The position numbers and the translations under genes were made by a program. Of a stretch of DNA of 64,000 nt, positions 50,542 through 59,840 are shown piece by piece. Numbering within the stretch: position 1 is the stretch's first letter; the number at the start of each line of letters is the position of its first letter. The notes under the pieces are model-generated. The model made no database searches, had not been told where the DNA came from, and saw nothing but the letters and a program-made list of their open reading frames with translations. The DNA lies in IMG/VR virus record IMGVR_UViG_2718218139_000001; one strand, 5' to 3'. Origin of the DNA: a virus (taxonomy: Duplodnaviria > Heunggongvirae > Uroviricota > Caudoviricetes).

Positions 50542-50572
50542 AAAACGTGATGTACACTCATCACGTTTTTTA
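50542..50572. terminator. palindromic rho-independent terminator
   Basis: AACGTGATG-TACACT-CATCACGTT flanked by A-run and T-run. Confidence 0.65.
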
Positions 50573-50582
50573 TTAGAGCAAT
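50566..50582 (-). promoter_or_regulatory. C1 operator (14/17, inverted), right arm
   Basis: reverse complement ATTGCTCTAATAAAAAA. Confidence 0.45.
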
Positions 50583-50596
50583 CTACAAGGTGCACT

Positions 50597-50815
50597 ATGT
50601 GGCCATTCCGACGGAAATATCACTACTGGCTGATCGCCTTTGTTACGCCGACCGGCGGTATCAGGCATGTCATCACCAGGTATCGCAACAAGAGACTCAC
50701 CTTAGCCAGAATTTTACAGGCTGCCATAGGTGAGGGACTGGATACAAATTGCGTAGTCCTTCCTCCTTCATACTTAGGAAAAATGACCGAAGCACAAGCT
50801 AATACGGAACTTTGA
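50597..50815 (+). CDS. small hypothetical protein
   Basis: ORF track 72 aa. Confidence 0.45.
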   Translation: MWPFRRKYHYWLIAFVTPTGGIRHVITRYRNKRLTLARILQAAIGEGLDTNCVVLPPSYLGKMTEAQANTEL

Positions 50816-50816
50816 A

Positions 50817-52079
50817 ATGAGCACTTCAGCACAAAACCAATCAATCGAAAATGTATCTATCCCTGATGTCCTGAATGCCGGTATCCCGGCCATTATCCAG
50901 AACATCCGGGCCGCGCAACGCCGCGTTAGTTGTGATGACCTCACAGCACGTTTTTTTGATAATGCGGTTCAGTCAGCGGAGATGCTTCACGCACAGCTTA
51001 TTGATGTTTATAACGCAGAAGCTGATAGCCATAACTCCCTGGTAGATGCAGCTGAAAATATGCAGTTGGATCTCGGTCTGAAGGGTAAAGAAATTGAAGA
51101 GCTTCAGCTGCAAATTGAACATTTGAAACGCCAGCAACAGGACGCGATCGACGATGCGACGCATGACGCCAACCAGCGTGCTGATAATGCCGAACGTATA
51201 AGCATTGAGCTGGAAACAAAACTCAATGAAATGACCGCGATGGTTGAACTGCGGAACTCACAGATTTCAACGCTAAAATCTCAATATAAAGAGATCATGA
51301 AACTTGATCCTTTTAACCTTGAGAAACGCTATAACAAAGCTAAAAGCGAGCGACAGGAACTGCGTAAGCAGGTCGCTGACCTTAACCAACAGCTCAAAAA
51401 AACTATTAAAGATGCAAGCGAAGCGCGCGTGGCATTTGCTAATAAAAAAGCAGAGGTTACCGCGCTGGTTAATGAGAATGCCAAATTTGCGACGCTCAAG
51501 AAGGAAATGTATGGCATTACTGAGCGCCGTTTCCCTGCAAGCAAACTTCATCCGACGTTAGGGCAAATCTCCTTCTTCCCGCGCCTCCTGGCTTATGGGA
51601 TCTCATCGCCTAAAGAGTTCAATAACGAGCGTCCTTATATCGTTTCTAAGCTGGACTTTGCTTATCAGTTCTGCTGCGACATGGGCTATGCCATTGATAT
51701 CCGAATCAACGAATGGTTGATGCCAAACTTCCAGCCGTTGGCAATTTTCCGCGAGTTCCAGCCGGAAGGTTGGGTAGAGTTCTTCCATGAATTGATCTGT
51801 AAAGAGATGGAAAGCCGCCGCCCGGAATTGGTCCGTCGAGTTGAGTGGGCGCAAGAGGTTATGTTGGCAGATGCAGAGCTGCCGTTCGAACCGGAATTCA
51901 TTGATGATCTGGCAACTAAAGGGCTGCATACCCTGTTTGATGTGGTTACCCGCCGTCATGAGCAGTTGGTTGTCGAATTGGGTTTAGAGGAAACTGCGGC
52001 AAGAAGACTTCTCGATGTTTGCTATGCACGTAGCGATGCATGGGAAAAAGAGAACGGCGGCACTATTTACGTTCGCTGA
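50817..52079 (+). CDS. coiled-coil protein
   Basis: ORF track 420 aa; heptad-rich central region. Confidence 0.55.
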   Translation: MSTSAQNQSIENVSIPDVLNAGIPAIIQNIRAAQRRVSCDDLTARFFDNAVQSAEMLHAQLIDVYNAEADSHNSLVDAAENMQLDLGLKGKEIEELQLQIEHLKRQQQDAIDDATHDANQRADNAERISIELETKLNEMTAMVELRNSQISTLKSQYKEIMKLDPFNLEKRYNKAKSERQELRKQVADLNQQLKKTIKDASEARVAFANKKAEVTALVNENAKFATLKKEMYGITERRFPASKLHPTLGQISFFPRLLAYGISSPKEFNNERPYIVSKLDFAYQFCCDMGYAIDIRINEWLMPNFQPLAIFREFQPEGWVEFFHELICKEMESRRPELVRRVEWAQEVMLADAELPFEPEFIDDLATKGLHTLFDVVTRRHEQLVVELGLEETAARRLLDVCYARSDAWEKENGGTIYVR

Positions 52080-52098
52080 TAGTTACAGTGTCACTTTT

Positions 52099-52133
52099 AA
52101 TGCTGGTGGAGTGCTCCCACCAGCATTTTTTTC
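52099..52133 (+). terminator. rho-independent terminator containing Chi on both strands
   Basis: AATGCTGGTGG-loop-CCACCAGCATT then TTTTTTT; GCTGGTGG at 52102. Confidence 0.65.
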
Positions 52134-52151
52134 GTCCAATGAGGAGGGCAT

Positions 52152-52658
52152 TTGAGTATTTTCAATAAACACGCACACCAGGAACGTCCGTACATCGTCA
52201 TAGTAGATATTGATGGGACGATATCAGAGGCAACGGAAGACAGGCTGCATTTACTTCCACCACCTGGCAAAGGTGCATTAACAGAGCACTGGAACGAGTT
52301 TAACCTTGCCTGTGACACTGATGCTCCCATCACTTCAGTTATTGATATGGTGCGCCAGTTGTCCGGCATTTACACCCTCTGGTTTGTAACCGGGCGCTGT
52401 GAGATAGCCAGGGATAAAACACGAGCCTGGTTGCGTAAGCACGTAACAAATGGGACTGAGCCTTTGCTATCTATGCGTCCTGCCACCGATGACAGAAATG
52501 ACGGTCCAGCAAAGATTGATCTCCTGAAGAAAATTGGTCTAAGTAAAATTGCGTTCGCGCTGGAAGATAAGATTGACGTGGCGCGTGTTTTCAGGAGTCA
52601 CGGCGTACTTACGTTAATGGTCAGGGAGTATGAAAACGCGCTTCTCCATCAACAATAA
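52152..52658 (+). CDS. HAD-superfamily phosphatase
   Basis: ORF track 168 aa; motif I VIVDIDGTI, motif II WFVTGR. Confidence 0.55.
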   Translation: MSIFNKHAHQERPYIVIVDIDGTISEATEDRLHLLPPPGKGALTEHWNEFNLACDTDAPITSVIDMVRQLSGIYTLWFVTGRCEIARDKTRAWLRKHVTNGTEPLLSMRPATDDRNDGPAKIDLLKKIGLSKIAFALEDKIDVARVFRSHGVLTLMVREYENALLHQQ

Positions 52659-52674
52659 TTGCTCTAATAAATCT
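52658..52674 (+). promoter_or_regulatory. C1 operator (16/17) overlapping stop codon
   Basis: ATTGCTCTAATAAATCT. Confidence 0.55.
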
Positions 52675-52756
52675 TGATTTTTAAAACAGAGAAAGTGAAA
52701 ATAAAAACATGCCGCAAGGCGCGGCATGTATCCAATCAATCACAGGAGCTGAAAAT

Positions 52757-52843
52757 ATGAACACGGCATTCAAAATCATTATGGCCGCGATCTATTTCTG
52801 GCTGTTCTCTATCACTTTTGGCGGCATCGTCGCGCATGGGTAA
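52757..52843 (+). CDS. 28-aa hydrophobic peptide
   Basis: AGGAG before ATG; MNTAFKIIMAAIYFWLFSITFGGIVAHG; below ORF-track cutoff. Confidence 0.35.
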   Translation: MNTAFKIIMAAIYFWLFSITFGGIVAHG

Positions 52844-52852
52844 GGGGGATGC

Positions 52853-53581
52853 ATGAAAGGCGAAGTGAAAGAGCGCGGCATGATTTTCAACGATGAGATG
52901 GTCCGAGCCATCCTCGAAGGAAGGAAAACGCAGACGCGGCGGATAATGAAAAATCAGCCTGCGGAAGTTGGTCCAGAAGCACCAGTGATGGTTAGGGAAA
53001 TTGGTGCAGGTTTTCAGTGGTACGGGGCTGATGGTGTAAGCAGTGTTTTCAATTGCCCCTTTGGTATCGTCGGCGATCGAATTTGGGTTCGTGAAACATG
53101 GACGATATTAGGCAATGAAGATGGTTGCAGTGTGGACTGGAACGACAACCTTTGTCGTGGCGATGAGAAGAACGCAGCAAGGATTTATCGGGCCAGTTGT
53201 GAGCAAAAACCTGGTGATTACGGCTTATGGTCGATACCCGATGATGCCGACTGGAAACCTCACACTGTGAATGAAAAGTTTGATGGTGGGTGGCGTCCAT
53301 CAATTCACATGCCGCGATGGGCATCACGCATTCTGTTGGAAATTACCAACGTGCGCGTTGAACGGTTGAACGATATCAGCGAATGCGATGCAAGGGCTGA
53401 GGGCGTTCCGCCTGCTGGAAGTTTGCTTCCTGATCACCCGGGAACATTCCTTACTCCCAAGAGGGATTTCGCAATGGCCAAGGTTGCGTTCCAGCGCCTG
53501 TGGGAATCCATCTATGGTGAAGAAAGCTGGAACGCTAATCCCTGGGTGTGGGTAATCGAGTTTAAGCGCATTCAGGAATAA
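52853..53581 (+). CDS. ASCH/PUA-like domain protein
   Basis: ORF track 242 aa; N-terminus MIFNDEMVRAILEGRKTQTRR. Confidence 0.5.
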   Translation: MKGEVKERGMIFNDEMVRAILEGRKTQTRRIMKNQPAEVGPEAPVMVREIGAGFQWYGADGVSSVFNCPFGIVGDRIWVRETWTILGNEDGCSVDWNDNLCRGDEKNAARIYRASCEQKPGDYGLWSIPDDADWKPHTVNEKFDGGWRPSIHMPRWASRILLEITNVRVERLNDISECDARAEGVPPAGSLLPDHPGTFLTPKRDFAMAKVAFQRLWESIYGEESWNANPWVWVIEFKRIQE

Positions 53582-53590
53582 ACCGTGAGT

Positions 53591-53668
53591 ATGCATCAAA
53601 TCGTCAGTTTTTCAGGTGGACGAGCATCGGCCTGTCTCGTTCATCTGTTCGAAGAGGTAGTGGCATGA
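53591..53668 (+). pseudogene. truncated remnant of PAPS-reductase-like gene (PP-loop N-terminus only)
   Basis: 25 codons MHQIVSFSGGRASACLVHLFEEVVA then stop; SFSGG(K/R).S is the N-terminal PP-loop of PAPS reductase family. Confidence 0.35.
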
Positions 53669-53868
53669 CAATCGTAAAAACCCATACCGGCACCGTGATC
53701 ACCAAAGACGGGCCGCAGGTAAAAAAACTGCACCAAACAGAGCGGATGTGGGTCGTCGGCAAAAATGAGTTTTACCACAAAGATACCGGACGCCGCCACT
53801 TTGCAGAAAATACGCGCCGTCGACTGCTGTTAGACACCATCAAGCCTATCGAGGTGAAGCATGTTTAA
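53665..53868 (+). CDS. small hypothetical protein
   Basis: ORF track 67 aa. Confidence 0.45.
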   Translation: MTIVKTHTGTVITKDGPQVKKLHQTERMWVVGKNEFYHKDTGRRHFAENTRRRLLLDTIKPIEVKHV

Positions 53869-54100
53869 ACAGAACGAAAAAGCTATCGCTCAAATTGCTG
53901 ATTATATCCCGCGTGCGTGCCGGGGTATGCAGTTGCAGGAAGCCAAAGCGCGCCTGGAGAAAAAAATTGCGCTCTATATTGATGACGGCTGTGATGCTGC
54001 CGTTCTTAACGCGGCGTTCGCACCAGCTCTTAACAGTCATACTCGGGAGTCTTTTTTTTCGTGCATCGAAGCGCAACTCCGCAAAGGAGGCAGCCAGTGA
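53861..54100 (+). CDS. small hypothetical protein ending ..LRKGGSQ
   Basis: ORF track 79 aa; C-terminal junction CGCAAAGGAGGCAGCCAGTGA shared with two other genes. Confidence 0.45.
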   Translation: MFKQNEKAIAQIADYIPRACRGMQLQEAKARLEKKIALYIDDGCDAAVLNAAFAPALNSHTRESFFSCIEAQLRKGGSQ

Positions 54101-54798
54101 GCGAAATTAATTACCGGGCACTGCGTGAGATAGCAAAACAGGCAACACAGGGCGAATGGGTCGCATTTATTTCGCCGGGTACTGGTACGTATGCGGTGCA
54201 TACGCCCGGTGATAAACGATGTGAAGACGTTATCAAATGGACCGGCTTTGATGGACTGAAAAACGCAGAGAACAACGCTCGTTATATTGCCGCATTCAAC
54301 CCAAAGGTTGCACTGGAGCTACTTGGTGAAATTAAGCGCCTGGAGGACACAAATATTGATGCTATGTGCCGAATAGCACCGCTTGAGACTAAGCTCGCGG
54401 CTCTGGTGGCAGAGAACGCTGGGCTGAAACACGCAATGGCTGTAACTCTTGATCATGTGTCGGTCACGGATGCAGGGCAGGCCGGAGTTGCTGCAATGAT
54501 TATCAACGATGCCCTACACCACAGCGAAACTCCAGCTACCGATGCTTTTCTGGCTGAAATTCGTGCGGAAGCACGCAACGAGGGGATTAACTATACCGCC
54601 AGCCGTCTTGCTGCTGCGTTCAATCACGGATTTATCAATAAGTCTTTGCGTGAAGTTTTCGACGTTACACGCATGATTTTGTCAGCGAAAGAAGAGTTGG
54701 CTAATGAAGCGCATCCGATTGATGGCCTGTCTGGTGAATATGCGGAGAAATCCCTTGAAGAATGGGCGGAACAGATTCGCAAAGGAAGCAGCCAGTGA
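54097..54798 (+). CDS. Ea22-like family protein, paralogue 1
   Basis: ORF track 54061-54798; GTG 54097 after AAAGGAGG; N-terminal SEINYRALRE, shared ATDAFLAEIRA block. Confidence 0.5.
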   Translation: MSEINYRALREIAKQATQGEWVAFISPGTGTYAVHTPGDKRCEDVIKWTGFDGLKNAENNARYIAAFNPKVALELLGEIKRLEDTNIDAMCRIAPLETKLAALVAENAGLKHAMAVTLDHVSVTDAGQAGVAAMIINDALHHSETPATDAFLAEIRAEARNEGINYTASRLAAAFNHGFINKSLREVFDVTRMILSAKEELANEAHPIDGLSGEYAEKSLEEWAEQIRKGSSQ

Positions 54799-55085
54799 AT
54801 ATCGACACGACAATAACGATCGATACGCTCCTAAATACCGGTCTGGCACTTCTCGGTTGGCTTTACATCATGTCCCGCACATGGCGATGGCTGGGTTCCA
54901 TTTTCCTAAAACAGTGGAAAAAACGGCGCAAACAGGAACTACGCCAGAAGGCATTAGAAGCGTTCTATGACGCATTTGAGCTTAGCCGCATTGAACCAGG
55001 TACAACAGCCAGGATAGCGACAAAAGGCGACCTGATGATAGTGATGTTCCGACAGGAGAGAGCAGAGAAAGGGGAATCAGCATGA
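54795..55085 (+). CDS. small membrane protein
   Basis: ORF track 54762-55085; GTG 54795 overlapping previous stop. Confidence 0.4.
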   Translation: MNIDTTITIDTLLNTGLALLGWLYIMSRTWRWLGSIFLKQWKKRRKQELRQKALEAFYDAFELSRIEPGTTARIATKGDLMIVMFRQERAEKGESA

Positions 55086-55816
55086 AAATTTCCAAATTTT
55101 CTGAGTTGGTGAATCGTATTTTGTCCAACAACCACAGCCATCGTCGCGATATGGATGTAACAATCGTTGTTCATTCGCCTGGCAGCATTGGTTCAACACC
55201 TTCAGTTGAGGTTCAGTCAATTCACGCTGGTTTTGATTGGGATTCCGGGAAAGTGCTTATTTTCCCATCACAGCCACTGACCACGCTAACACCAGAACAG
55301 ATTACTGATATCACTGATAGTGTGCGCAAAGGTCAGTCTTGGCACGCATATCAGGAATACAAGAAGCATCAAGAGCAGTTGGAAAAATTGTCGATTGAAC
55401 TGGATGCCGCAAAACAGCGCATTGCAGAGCTGGAGGGTAATCGCACGGCGCTGGCAGTGGAGAATGAGCTGGCTCGTAAGGCATTTCAGGCATTCTGCGA
55501 TGTTGTTGGCGACAACACCGAGGTTATCGCTGAGGTGGTTGGGCGAGATGGCGTTCTGGTTATTTTGAAGGCCATGAAGGCAACAGGAAATATGTCAGCC
55601 ACCGACGCTTTCTTGGCTGAAGTCCGGGCGCAGGGGGTGGATGCTGCTATAGAAGCTGCAAAAAATCTGGTGGCCCAAGAATATGAGTATAAGGATTTCA
55701 AAGCGGCGCAGAGTGATTGCTGTATGCACCCTGGTTCAGACCTGGTAGGGAAGGTTGAAATGACTGAGTGGTTAGTTGACTTTGCTGCCCAGCTTCGCAA
55801 AGGAGGCAACCAGTGA
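55082..55816 (+). CDS. Ea22-like family protein, paralogue 2
   Basis: ORF track 244 aa; shares ATDAFLAEVRA block and ..LRKGGNQ end. Confidence 0.5.
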   Translation: MKISKFSELVNRILSNNHSHRRDMDVTIVVHSPGSIGSTPSVEVQSIHAGFDWDSGKVLIFPSQPLTTLTPEQITDITDSVRKGQSWHAYQEYKKHQEQLEKLSIELDAAKQRIAELEGNRTALAVENELARKAFQAFCDVVGDNTEVIAEVVGRDGVLVILKAMKATGNMSATDAFLAEVRAQGVDAAIEAAKNLVAQEYEYKDFKAAQSDCCMHPGSDLVGKVEMTEWLVDFAAQLRKGGNQ

Positions 55817-56112
55817 CTGTATGTCTTATTGATAAACGTCGACGTGGGCAACAAATACCATCTGTTGAAATGCCGAATCACACATGGTTTTGCGTACTTG
55901 ATATCGATGGTATGGATACGTTGGTTGACACTCGTCATTACTGCGATACCGCAACAGCTACTCCGGCGAAAGCAAAGAAAATGGCTGCTCTGATAGAAAA
56001 CTGGACTCCACCTGATGGTTGGTGCAATGGGAATGATCGAGATTGGCACGAAAAAATGAAGGGCTATATCTGCGATTTTTTACGTAAATGCAACGGCTTC
56101 AGGGTGATGTGA
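55813..56112 (+). CDS. small hypothetical protein
   Basis: ORF track 99 aa. Confidence 0.45.
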   Translation: MTVCLIDKRRRGQQIPSVEMPNHTWFCVLDIDGMDTLVDTRHYCDTATATPAKAKKMAALIENWTPPDGWCNGNDRDWHEKMKGYICDFLRKCNGFRVM

Positions 56113-56113
56113 T

Positions 56114-56599
56114 ATGACCAAAATTAACTATCAGGCACTGCGTGAGGCGGCAGAACGTGCAATTCCGGCAATGGAACGCCTGTTAATGTTGCCAGTTGAT
56201 GATGATCTGATAAGCGAACAGGAACTTAAAGATTACGGTGTGGATATTGATGCGCTCAACGCCTTCAAATTTCTGGCCGGACCAGAAACCGTGCTGGCAC
56301 TACTGGATGAACGGGAAAGAAACCAGCAATACATCAAATCCCGCGACCAGGAGAACGAGGATATTGCGCTAACGGTAGGGAAGTTGCGCGTTGAGCTTGA
56401 GGCAGAAAAACAGCGGGCAAAGGATCTGTTTATGGAAAATGCTCGGCTTAAGTCAGGTATAGCCGGTCTGATACACCTCGGTATTCGATATGCAGATGTT
56501 GATGTCATGAAAATTGCTGGAGATGCCCAGCTTTCTACCCCATGCACTGACAGCATCATAAACAGCATTGCAACAGGCATTCGCATCAAAGGAGAGTGA
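56114..56599 (+). CDS. Ea22-like family protein, paralogue 3
   Basis: ORF track 161 aa; N-terminal KINYQALREAAE. Confidence 0.5.
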   Translation: MTKINYQALREAAERAIPAMERLLMLPVDDDLISEQELKDYGVDIDALNAFKFLAGPETVLALLDERERNQQYIKSRDQENEDIALTVGKLRVELEAEKQRAKDLFMENARLKSGIAGLIHLGIRYADVDVMKIAGDAQLSTPCTDSIINSIATGIRIKGE

Positions 56600-56600
56600 T

Positions 56601-56810
56601 ATGGCTATCGCTGCAAGTTACACCATGCATCTCTATTGTGACTGCCGCCAGTGTACGGAAGGTGTATATCCAGTGCCAGACTTCGGTGAGTATATCGGTA
56701 CGTCATGGTCTGGTTGTGCAAAAGAGGCCCGTAAAGACGGGTGGCGAATAAGTAAAGACAAAACACGTGCTTTTGCGCCCGGGCATAAAGTTTTGAGGAT
56801 TAACAAATGA
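56601..56810 (+). CDS. small Cys-rich protein
   Basis: ORF track 56568-56810; ATG 56601 after AAAGGAGAGTGAT; CDCRQC. Confidence 0.4.
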   Translation: MAIAASYTMHLYCDCRQCTEGVYPVPDFGEYIGTSWSGCAKEARKDGWRISKDKTRAFAPGHKVLRINK

Positions 56811-57169
56811 CCACTATTACCAAAGAACGTATCGAATTATTCATTAAAAATCCGCTTGATAACGGGCTTACCCGTGGCGAACAAATGGAACTGGCACGAA
56901 TTGCGCTGGCATCACTGGAAGCCGAACCGGTTGCAGTAAACGACGACATGGCTTACGCATTCCATCACGCATTGTCAGATTCATCGCTAGGCGCTGATGA
57001 AGTAGAGGAAATTAAGGCCGGTTTGCGTGCTGCCTTTGCCAACGTCACTATCCAACCAGAGCCGGTAGTGCCGGATGAAATCGAGCCAGACGATAGCAAT
57101 ACGTTTGATTATGTTGATGGCTGGAACGCCTGCCGCGCTGCCATGCTTCAGGGTAAGGGAGATGAGTAA
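56807..57169 (+). CDS. hypothetical protein, N-terminal paralogue of 58044-58613
   Basis: ORF track 120 aa; shared MTTITKER..ELARIALASLEAEPV. Confidence 0.5.
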   Translation: MTTITKERIELFIKNPLDNGLTRGEQMELARIALASLEAEPVAVNDDMAYAFHHALSDSSLGADEVEEIKAGLRAAFANVTIQPEPVVPDEIEPDDSNTFDYVDGWNACRAAMLQGKGDE

Positions 57170-57345
57170 TGCGTGTGGCATTTTTCGGCTTGTTACCGTA
57201 CCCGACTCGTTTTTGGGCTTCTGCGCTAATTGCAAAGCCACATGTCCTGATGGCTGACAACATCATCCCGGCACCAAAGCGCCGCCATACCGGTATTGCA
57301 GCGGCACGACGAGCAGCAAAGAGACGCAGGAGAGCAAAGCGATGA
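57169..57345 (+). CDS. small basic protein
   Basis: 58-codon ORF, ATG overlaps previous stop, Arg/Lys-rich C-terminus; below ORF-track cutoff. Confidence 0.3.
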   Translation: MRVAFFGLLPYPTRFWASALIAKPHVLMADNIIPAPKRRHTGIAAARRAAKRRRRAKR

Positions 57346-57530
57346 AAAACCGTAAAGCAAAGATTCTGTTAGTTCGTAGAAACGCTCCTGGCGTCTGGCA
57401 GTGGGTGAGACTCAGCAACCGACGGATGGGGTTGATGAAATATTACGGGATGATGGATTGTGGTTTTTGCAAAAAGCCCAGCGCGGCGCAAAACCGCTGG
57501 AAAAACCACTTGCGCACTAAAGGAGAGTGA
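57342..57530 (+). CDS. small hypothetical protein
   Basis: ORF track 62 aa; ATGA overlap with previous ORF. Confidence 0.3.
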   Translation: MKNRKAKILLVRRNAPGVWQWVRLSNRRMGLMKYYGMMDCGFCKKPSAAQNRWKNHLRTKGE

Positions 57531-57531
57531 T

Positions 57532-58047
57532 ATGGCGTTAACACACCGCGAACTCTGTCAGATTGCGTATAAGTTCCTTAAGCGCAACGGGTTCAAGGTT
57601 TGTTTTCATGACCGCTTTATAGCTGTAACCAGTACCGGAGAACAGCCAGATGCTATGGGATTCAGAAATTCAGCATCATGCCTGATAGAGGCGAAGTGTT
57701 CTCGTGCTGACTTGTTGGCAGATAGAAAAAAGCGTTTTCGTAAAAATCCATCTCTTGGAATGGGCGACTGGCGATTCTTTATTAGTGAGCCGGGAATTAT
57801 TTCAGTTGAGGATTTACCACCTGGCTGGGGATTACTTCACGTTGTTAACGGAAGAGTACGGAAAGTACATGGGTGGCCCAAGGGTAATTGCTGTTGGGGT
57901 AATCCTGACGATAAGCCATTTACTGGAAATAAGCAGGTTGAATGCGATTACATGTTATCTGCATTAAGGCGCATGGAGTTGAGAGGGCACCTTAATGAAA
58001 TATATGACGGTGTAATTGTTAATAAGAAAGAAGGAAACGCGGCATGA
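57532..58047 (+). CDS. MmcB-like PD-(D/E)xK nuclease family protein
   Basis: ORF track 57460-58047; ATG 57532 after AAAGGAGAGTGAT; ..PDAMGF..CLIEAKCSRADL. Confidence 0.5.
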   Translation: MALTHRELCQIAYKFLKRNGFKVCFHDRFIAVTSTGEQPDAMGFRNSASCLIEAKCSRADLLADRKKRFRKNPSLGMGDWRFFISEPGIISVEDLPPGWGLLHVVNGRVRKVHGWPKGNCCWGNPDDKPFTGNKQVECDYMLSALRRMELRGHLNEIYDGVIVNKKEGNAA

Positions 58048-58613
58048 TCACTATTACCAAAGAGCGACTGCTGACAATCAAGCAGTGGCGCGAAACATAC
58101 GGACCGGGTAGCAACGTTGTACTGCCAGCAGAAGAAGCGGAAGAACTGGCACGAATTGCTCTGGCATCGCTGGAAGCAGAGCCTGTAAACCAAACTTACA
58201 ACTTACCAGAATTAATCGAAGGCATGGAAGTTTCCATTGATGTAAGCACTTGTGATGCTGATTTAGGTAATCGCTATTTCGGCACCGTCACCGAGGCGTT
58301 AGAACTTGATACAGCCAAGAATGGTTACATCCTCCTGGTTCAGGACGCAGAGCCAAACTTCGATGTAAATGGCAACTCTCCGGTAACTCCGGATGGCTGG
58401 ATAAGCTGTAGTGAGCGAATGCCGGATACCAAAACAGCCGTTCTTGTTGCCAGGGAGTTTGACAGGAAAGGTGACTGGCGAATGAAATGGGCGACTTACA
58501 TCCCGGGGCATCCTGACGCTAATGATGGGTGGGTAATACCTGGTGCGTCGTGGATACCATCACACTGGATGCCGCTACCAGAACCGCCGCAGGAGGCGAA
58601 AAGATGGATGTAA
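58044..58613 (+). CDS. DUF551-like phage protein
   Basis: ORF track 189 aa; C-terminal DGWISCSERMPD..W..W. Confidence 0.5.
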   Translation: MITITKERLLTIKQWRETYGPGSNVVLPAEEAEELARIALASLEAEPVNQTYNLPELIEGMEVSIDVSTCDADLGNRYFGTVTEALELDTAKNGYILLVQDAEPNFDVNGNSPVTPDGWISCSERMPDTKTAVLVAREFDRKGDWRMKWATYIPGHPDANDGWVIPGASWIPSHWMPLPEPPQEAKRWM

Positions 58614-58861
58614 AAGAGAAGGTTTTGCAGGTGATGCGTTACCGGGCTGCCCTGCAAGATAAAGCTCTCGGCGGGGAATATCCATTCAGGATGGCAACCT
58701 GGAATCTGCGGTTGGCAATGGAGAAGGAATTTCCTGATGAAGAATGGCGTTCGGCAGATTTGCGCAAAATTCTTATGGAGCTGGCTAAAGACGGAACAGT
58801 ATCCAAAGATACCCATGCCAGCCGGATTGGTCAGGCGGTATGGAGACTGGAGGTGAGGTAA
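58604..58861 (+). CDS. small hypothetical protein
   Basis: ORF track 58529-58861; ATG 58604 after AGGAGG. Confidence 0.45.
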   Translation: MDVKEKVLQVMRYRAALQDKALGGEYPFRMATWNLRLAMEKEFPDEEWRSADLRKILMELAKDGTVSKDTHASRIGQAVWRLEVR

Positions 58862-59142
58862 TGGCTAACCTGCAACTTGCCGTTAAAGGTGAATACTTCG
58901 ATGCCATGATTCGCGGGGAGAAAACGGAAGAGTATCGCCTGTGTAATGACTACTGGAATAAGCGCCTCGTTAACCGTAAGTATTACCGCCTGATTATCAC
59001 AAAGGGATATCCGAAGCGCGAAGACTTCAGTCGCAGAATTGACGTCCCGTATAACGGATATGAAATAAAAACAATCACACATCCACACTTCGGTGATAAA
59101 CCGGTAAAGGTGTTCGCGATAAAAGTGAAGATTAATAGCTAA
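58861..59142 (+). CDS. ASCH-like small protein
   Basis: ORF track 58840-59142; ATG 58861 after GGAGGTGAGG; LAVKGEYFDAMIRGEKTEEYR. Confidence 0.45.
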   Translation: MANLQLAVKGEYFDAMIRGEKTEEYRLCNDYWNKRLVNRKYYRLIITKGYPKREDFSRRIDVPYNGYEIKTITHPHFGDKPVKVFAIKVKINS

Positions 59143-59165
59143 ATTTCAATTAACACGGAGTAATT

Positions 59166-59459
59166 ATGTGGCGCGGTAATAATCATGGCGGAAGTCAGAT
59201 GATACTTACCGAATATACGTTCGACCACAAAACCAATAAATCACGTTCAGTATATTTGCTTCGGCACAATAGCCGCGTAAGAAATACCGTTCTGGAGCAA
59301 AATCTGACCGTTGAAATGGATAATTTGGGAAACTTCAAGCCAACAATATCGCTTGATGATTTTCCGTGTGGTTTAAGCGAAAGAGAAGCAATGCTGAAAT
59401 TAGCAGAATGGCTACAAAGATTAAGCATTGCTATTGAAGATAACTGGTCTGAACCTTAA
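59166..59459 (+). CDS. small hypothetical protein
   Basis: ORF track 97 aa. Confidence 0.45.
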   Translation: MWRGNNHGGSQMILTEYTFDHKTNKSRSVYLLRHNSRVRNTVLEQNLTVEMDNLGNFKPTISLDDFPCGLSEREAMLKLAEWLQRLSIAIEDNWSEP

Positions 59460-59465
59460 ATTAAT

Positions 59466-59840
59466 ATGATGACACTAAAACATTTTCTTGACCGCCCATT
59501 ATGGGCGGCAGCCGCAGGCTATGACTTTAATTATATGGATTGCATGTCTTATACTGCCAATGCATACGACCATTCGTTCAGCCTGCTGTTTAATTCTTTA
59601 AGAATATTGCCGGAAACAGAAGTTGGAGAGCTTCATTTATGGATATTGGGCTTTATCGCGGCTGGAGTTGGTATTGCCGTATGGCCTTTTATTTTCTGGC
59701 TGGTGGCTGTTGTAGTGTGGTTTAAGTGCAAGACGTACCGGAAAAAGTATTTCTTAGGTGATGGAATGACTGATATTGCCAAAATGAACATTGAAAAATG
59801 GACTAAGGAATGTGAAAAGAAATGGCGCAAAAAGAAATGA
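59466..59840 (+). CDS. small membrane protein
   Basis: ORF track 124 aa; hydrophobic helix LWILGFIAAGVGIAVWPFIFWLVAVVVWF. Confidence 0.45.
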   Translation: MMTLKHFLDRPLWAAAAGYDFNYMDCMSYTANAYDHSFSLLFNSLRILPETEVGELHLWILGFIAAGVGIAVWPFIFWLVAVVVWFKCKTYRKKYFLGDGMTDIAKMNIEKWTKECEKKWRKKK

